DNA from: a virus
Taxonomy: Duplodnaviria > Caudoviricetes
DNA: 30,885 nucleotides
Virus record (IMG/VR): IMGVR_UViG_3300037419_003075
Location: 1-30,885 of that record
Direction: 5' to 3' (one strand)
Part shown: positions 15,605 through 24,502 of the stretch, in pieces
Numbering within the stretch: position 1 is the first letter of the stretch
How the letters are laid out: each line of letters starts with the position of its first letter
Notes under the pieces: generated by a model
Databases searched by the model: none
The model's input: the letters and a program-made list of their open reading frames with translations, nothing else
What the model was told of the DNA's origin: nothing
Translations under genes and position numbers: made by a program

Positions 15605-18600
15605 ACCGGCAACGCCGCCATCTGCCCGATCGCGTGCTTGTCGCCTTCGCGCGCGACCCGATCAACCAGGTCGCCGACGTCTGCGACCCGCGCCTGAACC
15701 GTCGGCGCGAAGGTGTACCCGCCGCGGCCCGCGCCGGCGGCAGGTGCTGGGTTGAACGCGGACGGCTGGATGCGATCCGAAGACCACGCGGAGGCGTTGA
15801 TCGACTCCAGCAGCGGGAGCGCGCTGTCGAATGTCTCGGTCTGGTGCGGCGACAACGTCCGTTCTGGCCGGAGGATGTTCTTCGCGATGAAACCCACGCC
15901 GTCGGCGACGCCGCCCTGGTCGTACCAGTGCGGGTTCTGTGCCTGCCAGAACGCCCACGCCGAGGACGGTGTGCCGTACCGCTGCGCGATGTAGCGGCCG
16001 CCGTACACGGCCTGCAGGCCGGGGTCGGAGGTCTTGGACCCGCCGACGGTCGCCCAGGTCTGGTCCAGGAACTGGAACAAGCCGTATGCGGTCGACGTCA
16101 GGTTCTGCGCTGTCGGGTTCCACGACGATTCGTGCGACACCAGCTGGTCGAGGGCGCTCCATTCGGCGCCCGTGTCCCACCCGTAGGGGCTCATCTGCTT
16201 ACGGACGGTGTCGACTACGCCGCCGCTGCTGCTGGTCGCGTTGCTGCCGGGCGTCGGAGCGGACGGGGCGGCAGCGTTCGGTGCGGCCGGGATCGCGTTC
16301 TGGTTGGCGGGATCGGTGACCGGCGCGGTCGACTGCGGTGTGACCGTGGTGGCGATGCTCGGCAGGTTCTGTGGGGTGTAGGAGTAGCCGCCGCCGGCGC
16401 CGAGCAGGTTCTGGCCGCCGTAGAAATTCACGGCCGTGTTGAGAGCCTTGTTGTACGGGTTGCTGCTGGACAGGATGCTGTTTTCCAGTCCGAACGACGA
16501 CAGGAGACCAGTGGCCAGGATGCCGCCCGCCCGGCTGAAAATGCCTTGGAGGCTCAGCAAGTCGCTGTCCTGCGTGTCACCGGCCTGCTGCAACGTGTTC
16601 TGCGCCTGCAGGTACTTGAAGTCGGCGGCCTGCTTGTCCTGCGCAGTCGAGTTCGGATCGGCATAGACCCTGTTCCTTTCGGAATTCGCCTGATCGACGG
16701 CCGCCTGGTTCTGGATCTTCTGCAGCTGCTGCTGCGACACCCGGCCCGGCAGCGGTGCCTGCGGGTAGAGCACGGGCTGGCTGTTCACCTGGGGTGATGC
16801 CCCCGCGAGGCCACCGACACCACTGGTCGCCGGGCCTGCGTCGGTTCCCGGGCCAGCGCTGGTCATTTGGAGGTAGGCGTGCTCGGTGAACATGGGATGG
16901 TTCGCGCCGACGGCGGCACCGCCGTACATGACCGTGCCGGTCGCGCCGCCGCTCTCGACGTTCACGCCGCTGGGCAGCGTGCCTGCGGTGTGGCCGCCCG
17001 CCGCCATCGACGGATCGTTCACCCAGCCGACCCGGAATGCTCCGTAACCGCCTGCGCCCGTTTGGAAACCGTGCGCGGCGAGCCATGGTCCCTCGTTCGA
17101 GGTAGCCATGCGGCCCGACTTCGGAGGGAGCCCGACGGCGACGTTCGCGAGCTCGCTGATGAAGCCGGAGCAGTCCTCGTCCCCGCCGTACGGTTGGCCG
17201 GATCGCGATTGTGCGAACTGGTCCACCGCGCGCGCGGCGGCGGCCTTGTCGATGGTCTGGCCGCCGATGACGCCGCCCTCGTCGTAGCCCGGCAGTTTCG
17301 GGAAGACGCCGGCGTGGATCGCGGTGAGCTCGCGGTCGTACTTCTTCGAGTTGTCGCGGTCGATGACCCATTCGCCGCCGTCGACACGCGCGACCGGCGC
17401 GCCGGACCCATCCACCGCGAGGAATCCGTCTCGCCGTTCGGTGCCTGGGCCGGTGGTGGGCATCTTGCCGCCGGTCGCCCGGCCGGGCAGGTACTGATAC
17501 CACGGCGGCGTAGCCGCATTCGGAGTGTTGCCCTGCGACAGACCTGGACGGTATTCCGGCCCAACGAGTCCCGGCGTCTGGAACTGCATGAAGTACGGGA
17601 TGGAGCCTTCGGTCTTGTAGACCCGGTCGAGGAGCTGCTGGTACGCCTGGACCGCGTTGGTCGCCTGGGTGGTGTCCGCGGTGAAGGTGGCGTTGAAGTT
17701 CTTCGACAGCGGCACGTAGTGACCCAGCAGCGTGTCGGCCTGCTGCTGGGTGAAGCCCATCGATTCGATCTGGCTCAGCGCCGAGGTGCGGATGTCGTTG
17801 GACATCTGCTGGGCGGCGGCCTTCGCCTGGTCCGCTGTCTGGCCGTGCTGGATCGCGTCGCGGTATGCCGCCGAAGTGACCTGCTCCCACGCCGGCGCGA
17901 GCTGCGAGTTGAGCAGCTGGTAGAGCGCCTGCCCCTTGCTGGTGGTGGTGTCGATGCTGCCGTCGGCGCGCACCACCGCGCCGGAGGCCGAGTCCGCCGC
18001 CGAGGAGAACGCGGTCAATGCCTGGTTGACGCGAAGCTGGGCGTCTTCGAGCGTCAGTCCGCCCTGGCGCTGACGCTCCAAGGCCTGCGTGGCTGCATCG
18101 ATCGAGTTGGCGGCGTCCTTGTTCTTGTCGGACAGGTCGGTGATCGCCTTGGTCACCGGCGCCACCGCGGCGGTGTCGAGCGCCCACTCGTCGCGCAACT
18201 GCTGCAGGTGCGCGGCCGCGTCCCGGCCACCCTGACCCATGCCGGACAGCTGGTCCAGCAGGGAATCGAACTGAGGCTTGTTGCCGGTGATCTTCTGCGC
18301 CAGTTGGTCGTTGGCGAGACCGAGCTTGCTCAGGGCGTCGCTGATACCTTGGCTGGTGTTGGCGGCGGAGATCCGGTACTTCTCGTTGTCGATCACTCCC
18401 TGCCCGACTCCGAAGATCGAGCCGTACAGGGCAGGCGCCAACTTGAACTTGTCCGTGAAACTCGGTGTGTCCTTGGCTGTTTCGGCCATCGAGTCCCGCA
18501 GCTGTTTGACGCTGGCGGTCTCGGCGTCGAGCACACCGGAATCGAGGGCGCCGTGCGAGGACGACAGAGCTCGCTGCAGGTTGCGGTCGGCGTCGATCGC

Positions 18601-20796
18601 GGCCTGAGTGTTGTCCTTGTACCGCTGCATCGACTGCGATGCCTTGTCGGCCTCGCTCATGAACCCGATAACGGCGCTGCCCGCGAGCGCCAACCCGGTG
18701 ATCCACGGGTTGCCGAGCACATTCAGTAGCCCGGCACCGGCGAGCTTCAGTTTCCCGACGCCCTTGACGTCGGACGCGGCCTCGCCGGACTTGTCGGCGA
18801 GCGCGCTGATCGCCAGCTTCGCGCCATCGATGGCCGGTCCGACGGTCTTGAATCCGAGGTAGGCGACCACCGCGGCCTGCACCAGGCCGGGGTGCGCTGA
18901 GAGCAGATCCGCGGCGGCGCGCAGGAATGGCAGAGTCACTTCCGACCATGTGCGTACGCCGTCGGTGACCCCGTGGATGATCCCAGGCAGGGCCTCGAGG
19001 AGCGGCTTCAGCTTCGCGGCTTCCTCGCGCGCTTGCCCGAAGAAGTGCGACAGTTCCTGTTGTCCCTCAGTGGATTTCAGGAACGCGGCCAGATGGCCGG
19101 TGAGTTCGTCGATGTTGCGAAGCGTTTCGCCGTCGTTTCCAGCGGCCCGGAACACTGACGCCACCGCCGAGCCGAGGTGTTCGATGATGTCCAGCAGTTC
19201 GCGCCCAGACGTGAGCCCGTCCTGGATCCACTTCTTCAGCGACCCGTCGGCGGCAGTGCGTTGGATCAAGTTGTCGAACCGGATCGCCATCTGATCGACC
19301 GAAATCCCCATTTGCGGAAGGAATTCCGTGCCGACCGTGATCAGCTTGGTGAGACCGTCGGTGAACGGCTTGGCGCCGGCCGCAGCGTTGGCGAACCCCG
19401 CGGCGGTGTTGTCGAGGGAGGTCTTGAAGTCGGCCTTGTTGGTTTCGCTGGACAGCGACGCCAGCACACCCCGAATTCCCGTGTTGAACGCGGTGTTGAT
19501 TCCGACGATGCCGTTCTTCAGGTTCGGCAGCTGCTGATCGGCCAGGTGCTGGATGTCGGGGCCGAGGTGCGCGGTGAGCGCGTCCTGGCCTGCCTTGCGG
19601 GCATCGGTCCAGGCCGGTCCGATCGAATGGATGTCGTCGACCAGCTGGCGCGCGTTCGGGCTGAGCTTCGCCATCGCGTCGGCCAGCTTGTTGTTGCCCC
19701 CGCCGCCGGACTCGTTCGCCTGCTCCTGCGCGCGCCGCAATTGCTCTGTCGCCGTGACGATTTCGTGCTCGGCCTGAGCCTGCGCCTTGGCGGCAGAGGT
19801 GACCTTGTCCTTGGCGTCGACGACCTGCTTGCTGCCCTCGACGCCCTTGGCGTTAGCCTCAGCGGTGTCCTGGGCCAGGTCCTGGGTCTTGGTCTGCTGC
19901 TCCTTGAGCCGTTGGACGGCCTCGTTGTAATTCAGCAGCGCCCGGCGGCGGGTGGTGGAGTCCGCGGTCGGGTCGAATTGGACCTCGCGCAGACGCTTCG
20001 CCGCCTCCTCGACACCAATCGAGGCATCCTCGGTGGCGTTCTTCTGGTCCTCGAGCTGGTCGTTCATGTCGCGCAGAGCGCGAGAACCGTCCCGGTAGGC
20101 GTCGTTGAGGTCCTGCTGGCTGCGCAGGTAGTCGCGGCCTCGGTCGGCCGACGATTCCTGTGCCTGCGCCAGCCGGTACTGGGCTTCGGACACGTCGAAC
20201 AGGGCATTCGTGTGCTTCTGTGCCTGGTCGGTGGCGCCCGCCGAGGCCTTCCCCATCTCCTTGAAGACGTCGGGAATGCCTTTGAGCCCCACCACCGCTG
20301 AGCCGACACCAGCCAGACCCGCGAACCCGATCGCGGGGATCAGCGCGACCGCGTGCGCGGCCTGACCCGCAGCGTCGGCAATGGCGAGAAGGTCGGCGAT
20401 CGCGCCGGCGGCGCCGACCACCCCGAGGACCTTCAGGTTGAGGCTGCCCGCCTGCCGCAGATCAGAGGCGAGCTTGTTGAACTCGCTGCGCGCCACCGAC
20501 ATTCCAGCGCGGTCGGCCTCGACCGGGATCTTGACCGGCCGCCGCTCCTGTGACGCCCGGAAGCTCTCGACCGCGGTTTCCGCGCCGGTGACATCGGCGT
20601 TGACATTGATCGCGACATCGCGGCCAGCCTCGGCGCGCAGCGCGGCGAACTCGGCCTTCGCTGCCTCGGTGTTGGCGCCAACCCGCGCGTCAACCGATAG
20701 ATCCATCGAGCGGAGTTCGGCGCGGGCTTCGGAGATGAACGTCTTGAAGGAGGGCTTGACCTTGATAGAAGCGGTGCCGGCGTCGTAGTTCGGCAA
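15601..20796 (-). CDS. Tape measure protein with C-terminal peptidoglycan-hydrolase-like domains, 1731 aa
   Basis: Longest ORF, Ala-rich and helical, follows the chaperones; TTG start with GGAGGAGG; DCSG...GHT and HESSWNPTAQN...AYGLFQF motifs. Confidence 0.95.
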   Translation of the reverse strand: MPNYDAGTASIKVKPSFKTFISEARAELRSMDLSVDARVGANTEAAKAEFAALRAEAGRDVAINVNADVTGAETAVESFRASQERRPVKIPVEADRAGMSVARSEFNKLASDLRQAGSLNLKVLGVVGAAGAIADLLAIADAAGQAAHAVALIPAIGFAGLAGVGSAVVGLKGIPDVFKEMGKASAGATDQAQKHTNALFDVSEAQYRLAQAQESSADRGRDYLRSQQDLNDAYRDGSRALRDMNDQLEDQKNATEDASIGVEEAAKRLREVQFDPTADSTTRRRALLNYNEAVQRLKEQQTKTQDLAQDTAEANAKGVEGSKQVVDAKDKVTSAAKAQAQAEHEIVTATEQLRRAQEQANESGGGGNNKLADAMAKLSPNARQLVDDIHSIGPAWTDARKAGQDALTAHLGPDIQHLADQQLPNLKNGIVGINTAFNTGIRGVLASLSSETNKADFKTSLDNTAAGFANAAAGAKPFTDGLTKLITVGTEFLPQMGISVDQMAIRFDNLIQRTAADGSLKKWIQDGLTSGRELLDIIEHLGSAVASVFRAAGNDGETLRNIDELTGHLAAFLKSTEGQQELSHFFGQAREEAAKLKPLLEALPGIIHGVTDGVRTWSEVTLPFLRAAADLLSAHPGLVQAAVVAYLGFKTVGPAIDGAKLAISALADKSGEAASDVKGVGKLKLAGAGLLNVLGNPWITGLALAGSAVIGFMSEADKASQSMQRYKDNTQAAIDADRNLQRALSSSHGALDSGVLDAETASVKQLRDSMAETAKDTPSFTDKFKLAPALYGSIFGVGQGVIDNEKYRISAANTSQGISDALSKLGLANDQLAQKITGNKPQFDSLLDQLSGMGQGGRDAAAHLQQLRDEWALDTAAVAPVTKAITDLSDKNKDAANSIDAATQALERQRQGGLTLEDAQLRVNQALTAFSSAADSASGAVVRADGSIDTTTSKGQALYQLLNSQLAPAWEQVTSAAYRDAIQHGQTADQAKAAAQQMSNDIRTSALSQIESMGFTQQQADTLLGHYVPLSKNFNATFTADTTQATNAVQAYQQLLDRVYKTEGSIPYFMQFQTPGLVGPEYRPGLSQGNTPNAATPPWYQYLPGRATGGKMPTTGPGTERRDGFLAVDGSGAPVARVDGGEWVIDRDNSKKYDRELTAIHAGVFPKLPGYDEGGVIGGQTIDKAAAARAVDQFAQSRSGQPYGGDEDCSGFISELANVAVGLPPKSGRMATSNEGPWLAAHGFQTGAGGYGAFRVGWVNDPSMAAGGHTAGTLPSGVNVESGGATGTVMYGGAAVGANHPMFTEHAYLQMTSAGPGTDAGPATSGVGGLAGASPQVNSQPVLYPQAPLPGRVSQQQLQKIQNQAAVDQANSERNRVYADPNSTAQDKQAADFKYLQAQNTLQQAGDTQDSDLLSLQGIFSRAGGILATGLLSSFGLENSILSSSNPYNKALNTAVNFYGGQNLLGAGGGYSYTPQNLPSIATTVTPQSTAPVTDPANQNAIPAAPNAAAPSAPTPGSNATSSSGGVVDTVRKQMSPYGWDTGAEWSALDQLVSHESSWNPTAQNLTSTAYGLFQFLDQTWATVGGSKTSDPGLQAVYGGRYIAQRYGTPSSAWAFWQAQNPHWYDQGGVADGVGFIAKNILRPERTLSPHQTETFDSALPLLESINASAWSSDRIQPSAFNPAPAAGAGRGGYTFAPTVQARVADVGDLVDRVAREGDKHAIGQMAALPV

Positions 20797-20812
20797 GGCC
20801 GTTCCTCCTCCC

Positions 20813-21265
20813 TCAGAGTTCGATTTGCGGGGTGAGATGCACGTGTCGGGGGCTGAACCGCTGGATCAGCAGGTTCATCCGTGCCTGGCGGCGTGCGTGG
20901 CTGACGAAGTCGGCGGCGGTGAGCGGGCGCGGAAGGGCGGCACGCGGATTTCCGGTGGCCTGCTTGTAGATCAGGTCCGCGACATCGGCGAGCAGACTCA
21001 TTTGCGCGGTCCAGCCGAACAGCTGGGGATGCTTGGACTTAGGCAGCTTCTTGCGTTGGTCGACCAGGTCGGGGTCGAGCATCATCGCCGTGTGCAGCGC
21101 GCTGCCCGGGATGCGGGAGCAGCGGTCACAGAACCGCAGAAATTGTGCCCACGAACGCTTTCCGGCGATCCAGTCGAGTGGGTCGACGTGGAGCCGTTCC
21201 TGGATGTCCCACTCGATGTCGGCCCAGTAGTGGGCGATCAGCTCGAGGGCGCGCTGGATTTTCCC
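20813..21265 (-). CDS. Tail assembly chaperone, -1 frameshift extension (gpGT-like)
   Basis: The -1 frame is open from the slippery site (KIQRALELIAHYWADIEWD...) into ORF 20813..21085. Confidence 0.88.
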   Translation of the reverse strand, partial: GKIQRALELIAHYWADIEWDIQERLHVDPLDWIAGKRSWAQFLRFCDRCSRIPGSALHTAMMLDPDLVDQRKKLPKSKHPQLFGWTAQMSLLADVADLIYKQATGNPRAALPRPLTAADFVSHARRQARMNLLIQRFSPRHVHLTPQIEL

Positions 21266-21555
21266 GAGTCCTCGGCTCCCTTGCCGAAGAAGTGCTTCAG
21301 CAGGTCCGAGATCATCGCCTGGTACAGCTGATTCGGCTCGTTCGCGAACAGTGCGAACACCGCGTCTGCCTGCGCGCCGAAGAGATGCCGGTCCGCCTCG
21401 GCGCCTGGAGTCTCCCAGAACCCGAGCATCTGCTTGCGCGTTGGGTTTTTGATGCGGATCTTGTCCGTGAGGATGTAGTCCTCCGGCACCGGAACCTCTT
21501 CGCGCAGTTCGTATAGGCGGCCGATCTGCTCTTCAGTGGTTTTGCGTGCGACCAT
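21238..21555 (-). CDS. Tail assembly chaperone (gpG-like), 105 aa
   Basis: Between major tail and tape measure; RBS GGGGAGG; ends with ...SGK at the slippery site. Confidence 0.9.
   Translation of the reverse strand: MVARKTTEEQIGRLYELREEVPVPEDYILTDKIRIKNPTRKQMLGFWETPGAEADRHLFGAQADAVFALFANEPNQLYQAMISDLLKHFFGKGAEDSGKSSAPSS
21259..21265 (-). promoter_or_regulatory. Programmed -1 frameshift slippery heptamer G GGA AAA
   Basis: GAC TCG GGA AAA TCC, in the correct phase to join the downstream frame. Confidence 0.9.
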
Positions 21556-21560
21556 GACAA

Positions 21561-21640
21561 ATGCCTCCCCGGCATCACTCCCCGGCAGGATGGAAGCCGC
21601 CCGCGCCCCTGCCGGGGAACAGGGCGCGGACGGCGTCCAA
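21561..21640 (-). promoter_or_regulatory. Structured intergenic RNA (hairpin plus anti-SD pairing) before the tail chaperone
   Basis: Long hairpin whose apical TCCCCGGCA is complementary to two downstream TGCCGGGGA copies. Confidence 0.6.
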
Positions 21641-22303
21641 TCAGCTGCCCTCGGCTGCGAAACCGGCCACGGAGGCCAGCGGCTTCCAGCCCTTGCCCGC
21701 CATCGAGATACGCGTCGCGTAACCCAGGGTCCGATGCTTGAGCATCTGCATCGTCACCGGGTAAAGCGCGATTCCGTCATCGTTGTAGGTGATGTCGCCG
21801 CTCTTCTGGAGAGTGGCGCGACCCGAGTCGACGATGGTGTAGATCTCGGCATCCACCTCGCCGTCGAAACCGATCATGATCAGCGAGTACTCGATGTTGA
21901 ACGCGGACTCGCTGATGATCAGGTGGGTCTCACCCGAGGACGGATCCGAGGTGACATCGGTGAAGTCCTGGCCCCAGTACGCGCCGAGGGTGACCGCTGA
22001 GGTCTGCTGCATCGTGAAGTCGACCGTGGTGTCACGGCTCTTACGGATGATGCGGGTCGGGCCCTGCTCACCGTAGGTTTCCACCGGGGTCGAGTTGATC
22101 GCGGTGGCGAGCTTGGTGCCGGCCTTCTTGTCCAGGTTGCCCACCGGGACATAGGTGTCGGGCAGCGCGAGGATTACACCGGAGCTGTCGGTGAAGTTGG
22201 CCGGGATCGCGGTGTTCTTCGGGGCGAGGTAGATGGCCCAGTCGAGAACGCCGATTTCCAGATCCGGATTGCCTTGCCGGATATCGCTGGCGAAGTCGGA
22301 CAT
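21641..22303 (-). CDS. Major tail protein, 220 aa
   Basis: Position in the tail module; VETYGEQGPTR motif; RBS AAGGAG. Confidence 0.9.
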   Translation of the reverse strand: MSDFASDIRQGNPDLEIGVLDWAIYLAPKNTAIPANFTDSSGVILALPDTYVPVGNLDKKAGTKLATAINSTPVETYGEQGPTRIIRKSRDTTVDFTMQQTSAVTLGAYWGQDFTDVTSDPSSGETHLIISESAFNIEYSLIMIGFDGEVDAEIYTIVDSGRATLQKSGDITYNDDGIALYPVTMQMLKHRTLGYATRISMAGKGWKPLASVAGFAAEGS

Positions 22304-22375
22304 TGTCTTGCTCCTTCCGCCCGGGCGGGCGAGTATCCGCGCACGGCAAAAGCCCTGCGCGAAGCAGAAAATGGG

Positions 22376-22381
22376 TACACT
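22376..22381 (+). promoter_or_regulatory. Possible sigma-A -10 element (TACACT) for the lipoprotein gene
   Basis: TAnnnT hexamer about 55 nt before the ATG; no clear -35 element. Confidence 0.4.
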
Positions 22382-22435
22382 GAGCGGACTTTTTCGGCGC
22401 TCCGCCGACCCGACTCAGCTACTTGGGGGCACCCG

Positions 22436-22909
22436 ATGGGCACCTCGCGTCGCGTGGCATATGCACTGCTTGCCGCGATCGCCTGCGCAGGTCTGACCGC
22501 ATGCGGCGATTCACCCGCGCCGACCGCGACCGTGTACGGCGATTTCGTGTTGACCTCGAGCTGGGCCTACTTGGAACCAAACGGGCAGCCGATCCGCCCC
22601 AACGAACTCGCAGGTGACGCAAACACGTTCGGCTGGGGATGTACCGGTGTCAGTGGGTTCCAAGACGTCACCACAGGGGCGGTCGTGTCACTGCTCGACG
22701 GATCCGGGAAAACCGTGGTGTCCGGAAAGATCACCGGCACCGAGCCGACCCTCGGACCCGATAACCGTGAGCGGTGCACCCTGCACTGGACGATCGACAA
22801 CGCACCGGCCGCGGTAGCCGGTGCCCAGGTCCGCGTCGGACAGCACCCCGGATCGGCGCTGAACGCCGACTACGACCGGGGCTATGCGACAGTGAACCTC
22901 GTTCAGTGA
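22436..22909 (+). CDS. Lipoprotein (moron), 157 aa
   Basis: MGTSRR, hydrophobic stretch and lipobox LTA-C; antisense to the flanking tail genes and fills the gap between them. Confidence 0.85.
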   Translation: MGTSRRVAYALLAAIACAGLTACGDSPAPTATVYGDFVLTSSWAYLEPNGQPIRPNELAGDANTFGWGCTGVSGFQDVTTGAVVSLLDGSGKTVVSGKITGTEPTLGPDNRERCTLHWTIDNAPAAVAGAQVRVGQHPGSALNADYDRGYATVNLVQ

Positions 22910-23436
22910 CTGAGGGACTCGCGGACTTTGGCGTAGTCCGGTAGGCCTCGCGGGAGACGACAGTCGACGCGGAACGTCAACGGTACGAGCCGGTCATCGA
23001 TGCGCAGCTCGGGCAGTAGTTGCGGCCCGACCAACTCCTCGATGCACTTCACCGCGGTGATGGACCCGTCGGCCCGCCGGACGCTCCCACCACGCTCGAA
23101 CGACAGCAGCCACATCCGGCAGAACTCCATCAGATCCCACGAATCCGCGCGTGTGTCGGCGATGGTCGCCACCTGCACGGATGCCGGGTCAGACAGGACA
23201 CCCATGTCCGCCGCGCCGCCGCCCCGAAACAGACGGACGACGGGCAGCTTCTCGGTGTAGTCCTTCGGCAGTCGTGTGTACACCTTCGGCCGGCGCGCAA
23301 CACCGTTGTCCACGACGAGGTTTCCCGAAACGTCGAAGACTTCGATGGTGTTCAGCACCGGAGTGAGGATGTCCTCGACGACCTTTTCCCGATCGGGGAA
23401 TCCGCCTTTGTACCAACTCGGGAACCCGAGGCTCAC
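22903..23436 (-). CDS. Tail terminator protein, 177 aa
   Basis: FPSWYKGGFPDRE...LFRGGG...GPQLLP; last connector gene before major tail. Confidence 0.8.
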   Translation of the reverse strand: MSLGFPSWYKGGFPDREKVVEDILTPVLNTIEVFDVSGNLVVDNGVARRPKVYTRLPKDYTEKLPVVRLFRGGGAADMGVLSDPASVQVATIADTRADSWDLMEFCRMWLLSFERGGSVRRADGSITAVKCIEELVGPQLLPELRIDDRLVPLTFRVDCRLPRGLPDYAKVRESLSH

Positions 23437-23750
23437 AGCGTGCTCATCATGTCGAGGATCCTGTTCAGGTCGTGATGGCCTGCGATGATCCGCTCGTCAC
23501 CGTCATCGGTGCCGAACTCGTGCGATGCCGCGTACGGCGCGGTGACCGTGAGGAATCCGACCCAGCGATCGCCGCCGATGTCGGTCGAGACGTGCGTGGA
23601 CGCCGCGAGGCGGCCAGTGCGCTTGGCAACGACCTCCCGATACAGCGCCTCGTACAGCTCACCGGCTTCGAACGCGATGCTGCGGGCGATGGGCCCGACC
23701 AGCCATTCCGCGATGAAAGGGTTCGGGGAGGGAATGTTGACGTCTTCCAT
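23433..23750 (-). CDS. Neck / tail-completion protein, about 105 aa
   Basis: VAKRTGRLAAS...APYAASHEFG; start overlaps the upstream stop. Confidence 0.8.
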   Translation of the reverse strand: MEDVNIPSPNPFIAEWLVGPIARSIAFEAGELYEALYREVVAKRTGRLAASTHVSTDIGGDRWVGFLTVTAPYAASHEFGTDDGDERIIAGHHDLNRILDMMSTL

Positions 23751-24079
23751 CACTTCACCCCTCGCACTTCGACGACGACGCCGGCGAACCAGGGCACCCA
23801 CGCTGATTCCCATGACTCGGGGATGCCTTGCACCGCGTAGTTGATGGTGTCGCCCGGAAGCTTCACCCGATCCCCGACCCGGATGTCCGCGCCTGCCGGG
23901 CAGTACAACGTCACCGTGCCGATCGCCGTCTCGCGATGATCGGTGTTGGTGCTGCTGGTACCCGGCGCGATCGCCACACCGTCGATGTCGTGCCGCACAG
24001 GCGGCCCCAGTGGGTCGCCGCCACTGTCGGTGTCGGCCGGCCGCTCGACGGTGATGGTCTTCCCATTGGGGAAGATCAT
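23750..24079 (-). CDS. Head-to-tail stopper, 109 aa
   Basis: TLYCPAGADIRVGDRV...YAVQGIP; ATGA coupling. Confidence 0.8.
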   Translation of the reverse strand: MIFPNGKTITVERPADTDSGGDPLGPPVRHDIDGVAIAPGTSSTNTDHRETAIGTVTLYCPAGADIRVGDRVKLPGDTINYAVQGIPESWESAWVPWFAGVVVEVRGVK

Positions 24080-24465
24080 CGGCGTTCCGATCCGAGCTGC
24101 ACTGACACCATGCCGCTGCCCAAGTTCTGCAGCGCGATTCGGTCGGCCTTGGTAAGCCACGGCTCGACCGAGTTGGCGTCGCCGCCGAAGCTGCGCTGCC
24201 ACTGGTGCGGCCCGGCCATCACCATTTCCGCCGTCTGGCCGGGCATGACCGATCCGGTCGTCTCGTAGAGGCGGGCAACCATCGATGCGACCACGATCGT
24301 GACCGTGTCCGGGATGGTGTCGCCCTCCTGGTACACGATTCCGATATAGCCCTCGACGATCACCGAGGCCTTCGCGATTCGGCCAGCGAGGCGAGGCAGC
24401 TCGTCATCGGTCAGCGACCGCCCGAGCTGCCCCTCCACGTCAGCTTGCGTTGCGAGAACCCTCAC
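24076..24465 (-). CDS. Head-to-tail adaptor, 129 aa
   Basis: LATQADVEGQLGRSLT...VASMVAR...WLTKADR; follows the capsid gene. Confidence 0.85.
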   Translation of the reverse strand: MRVLATQADVEGQLGRSLTDDELPRLAGRIAKASVIVEGYIGIVYQEGDTIPDTVTIVVASMVARLYETTGSVMPGQTAEMVMAGPHQWQRSFGGDANSVEPWLTKADRIALQNLGSGMVSVQLGSERR

Positions 24466-24502
24466 GACGTTCTCCGTCCCTCAGACCAAGATGCCTCTCG
24501 GA

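Noticed and set aside
12415-20301. Long alternative ORFs (12415..13707, 12540..14129, 16577..18949, 16867..18729, 19177..20301)
   Set aside because: They overlap well-supported tail genes and have the Arg/Gly-rich or antisense-shadow composition of GC-rich off-frames
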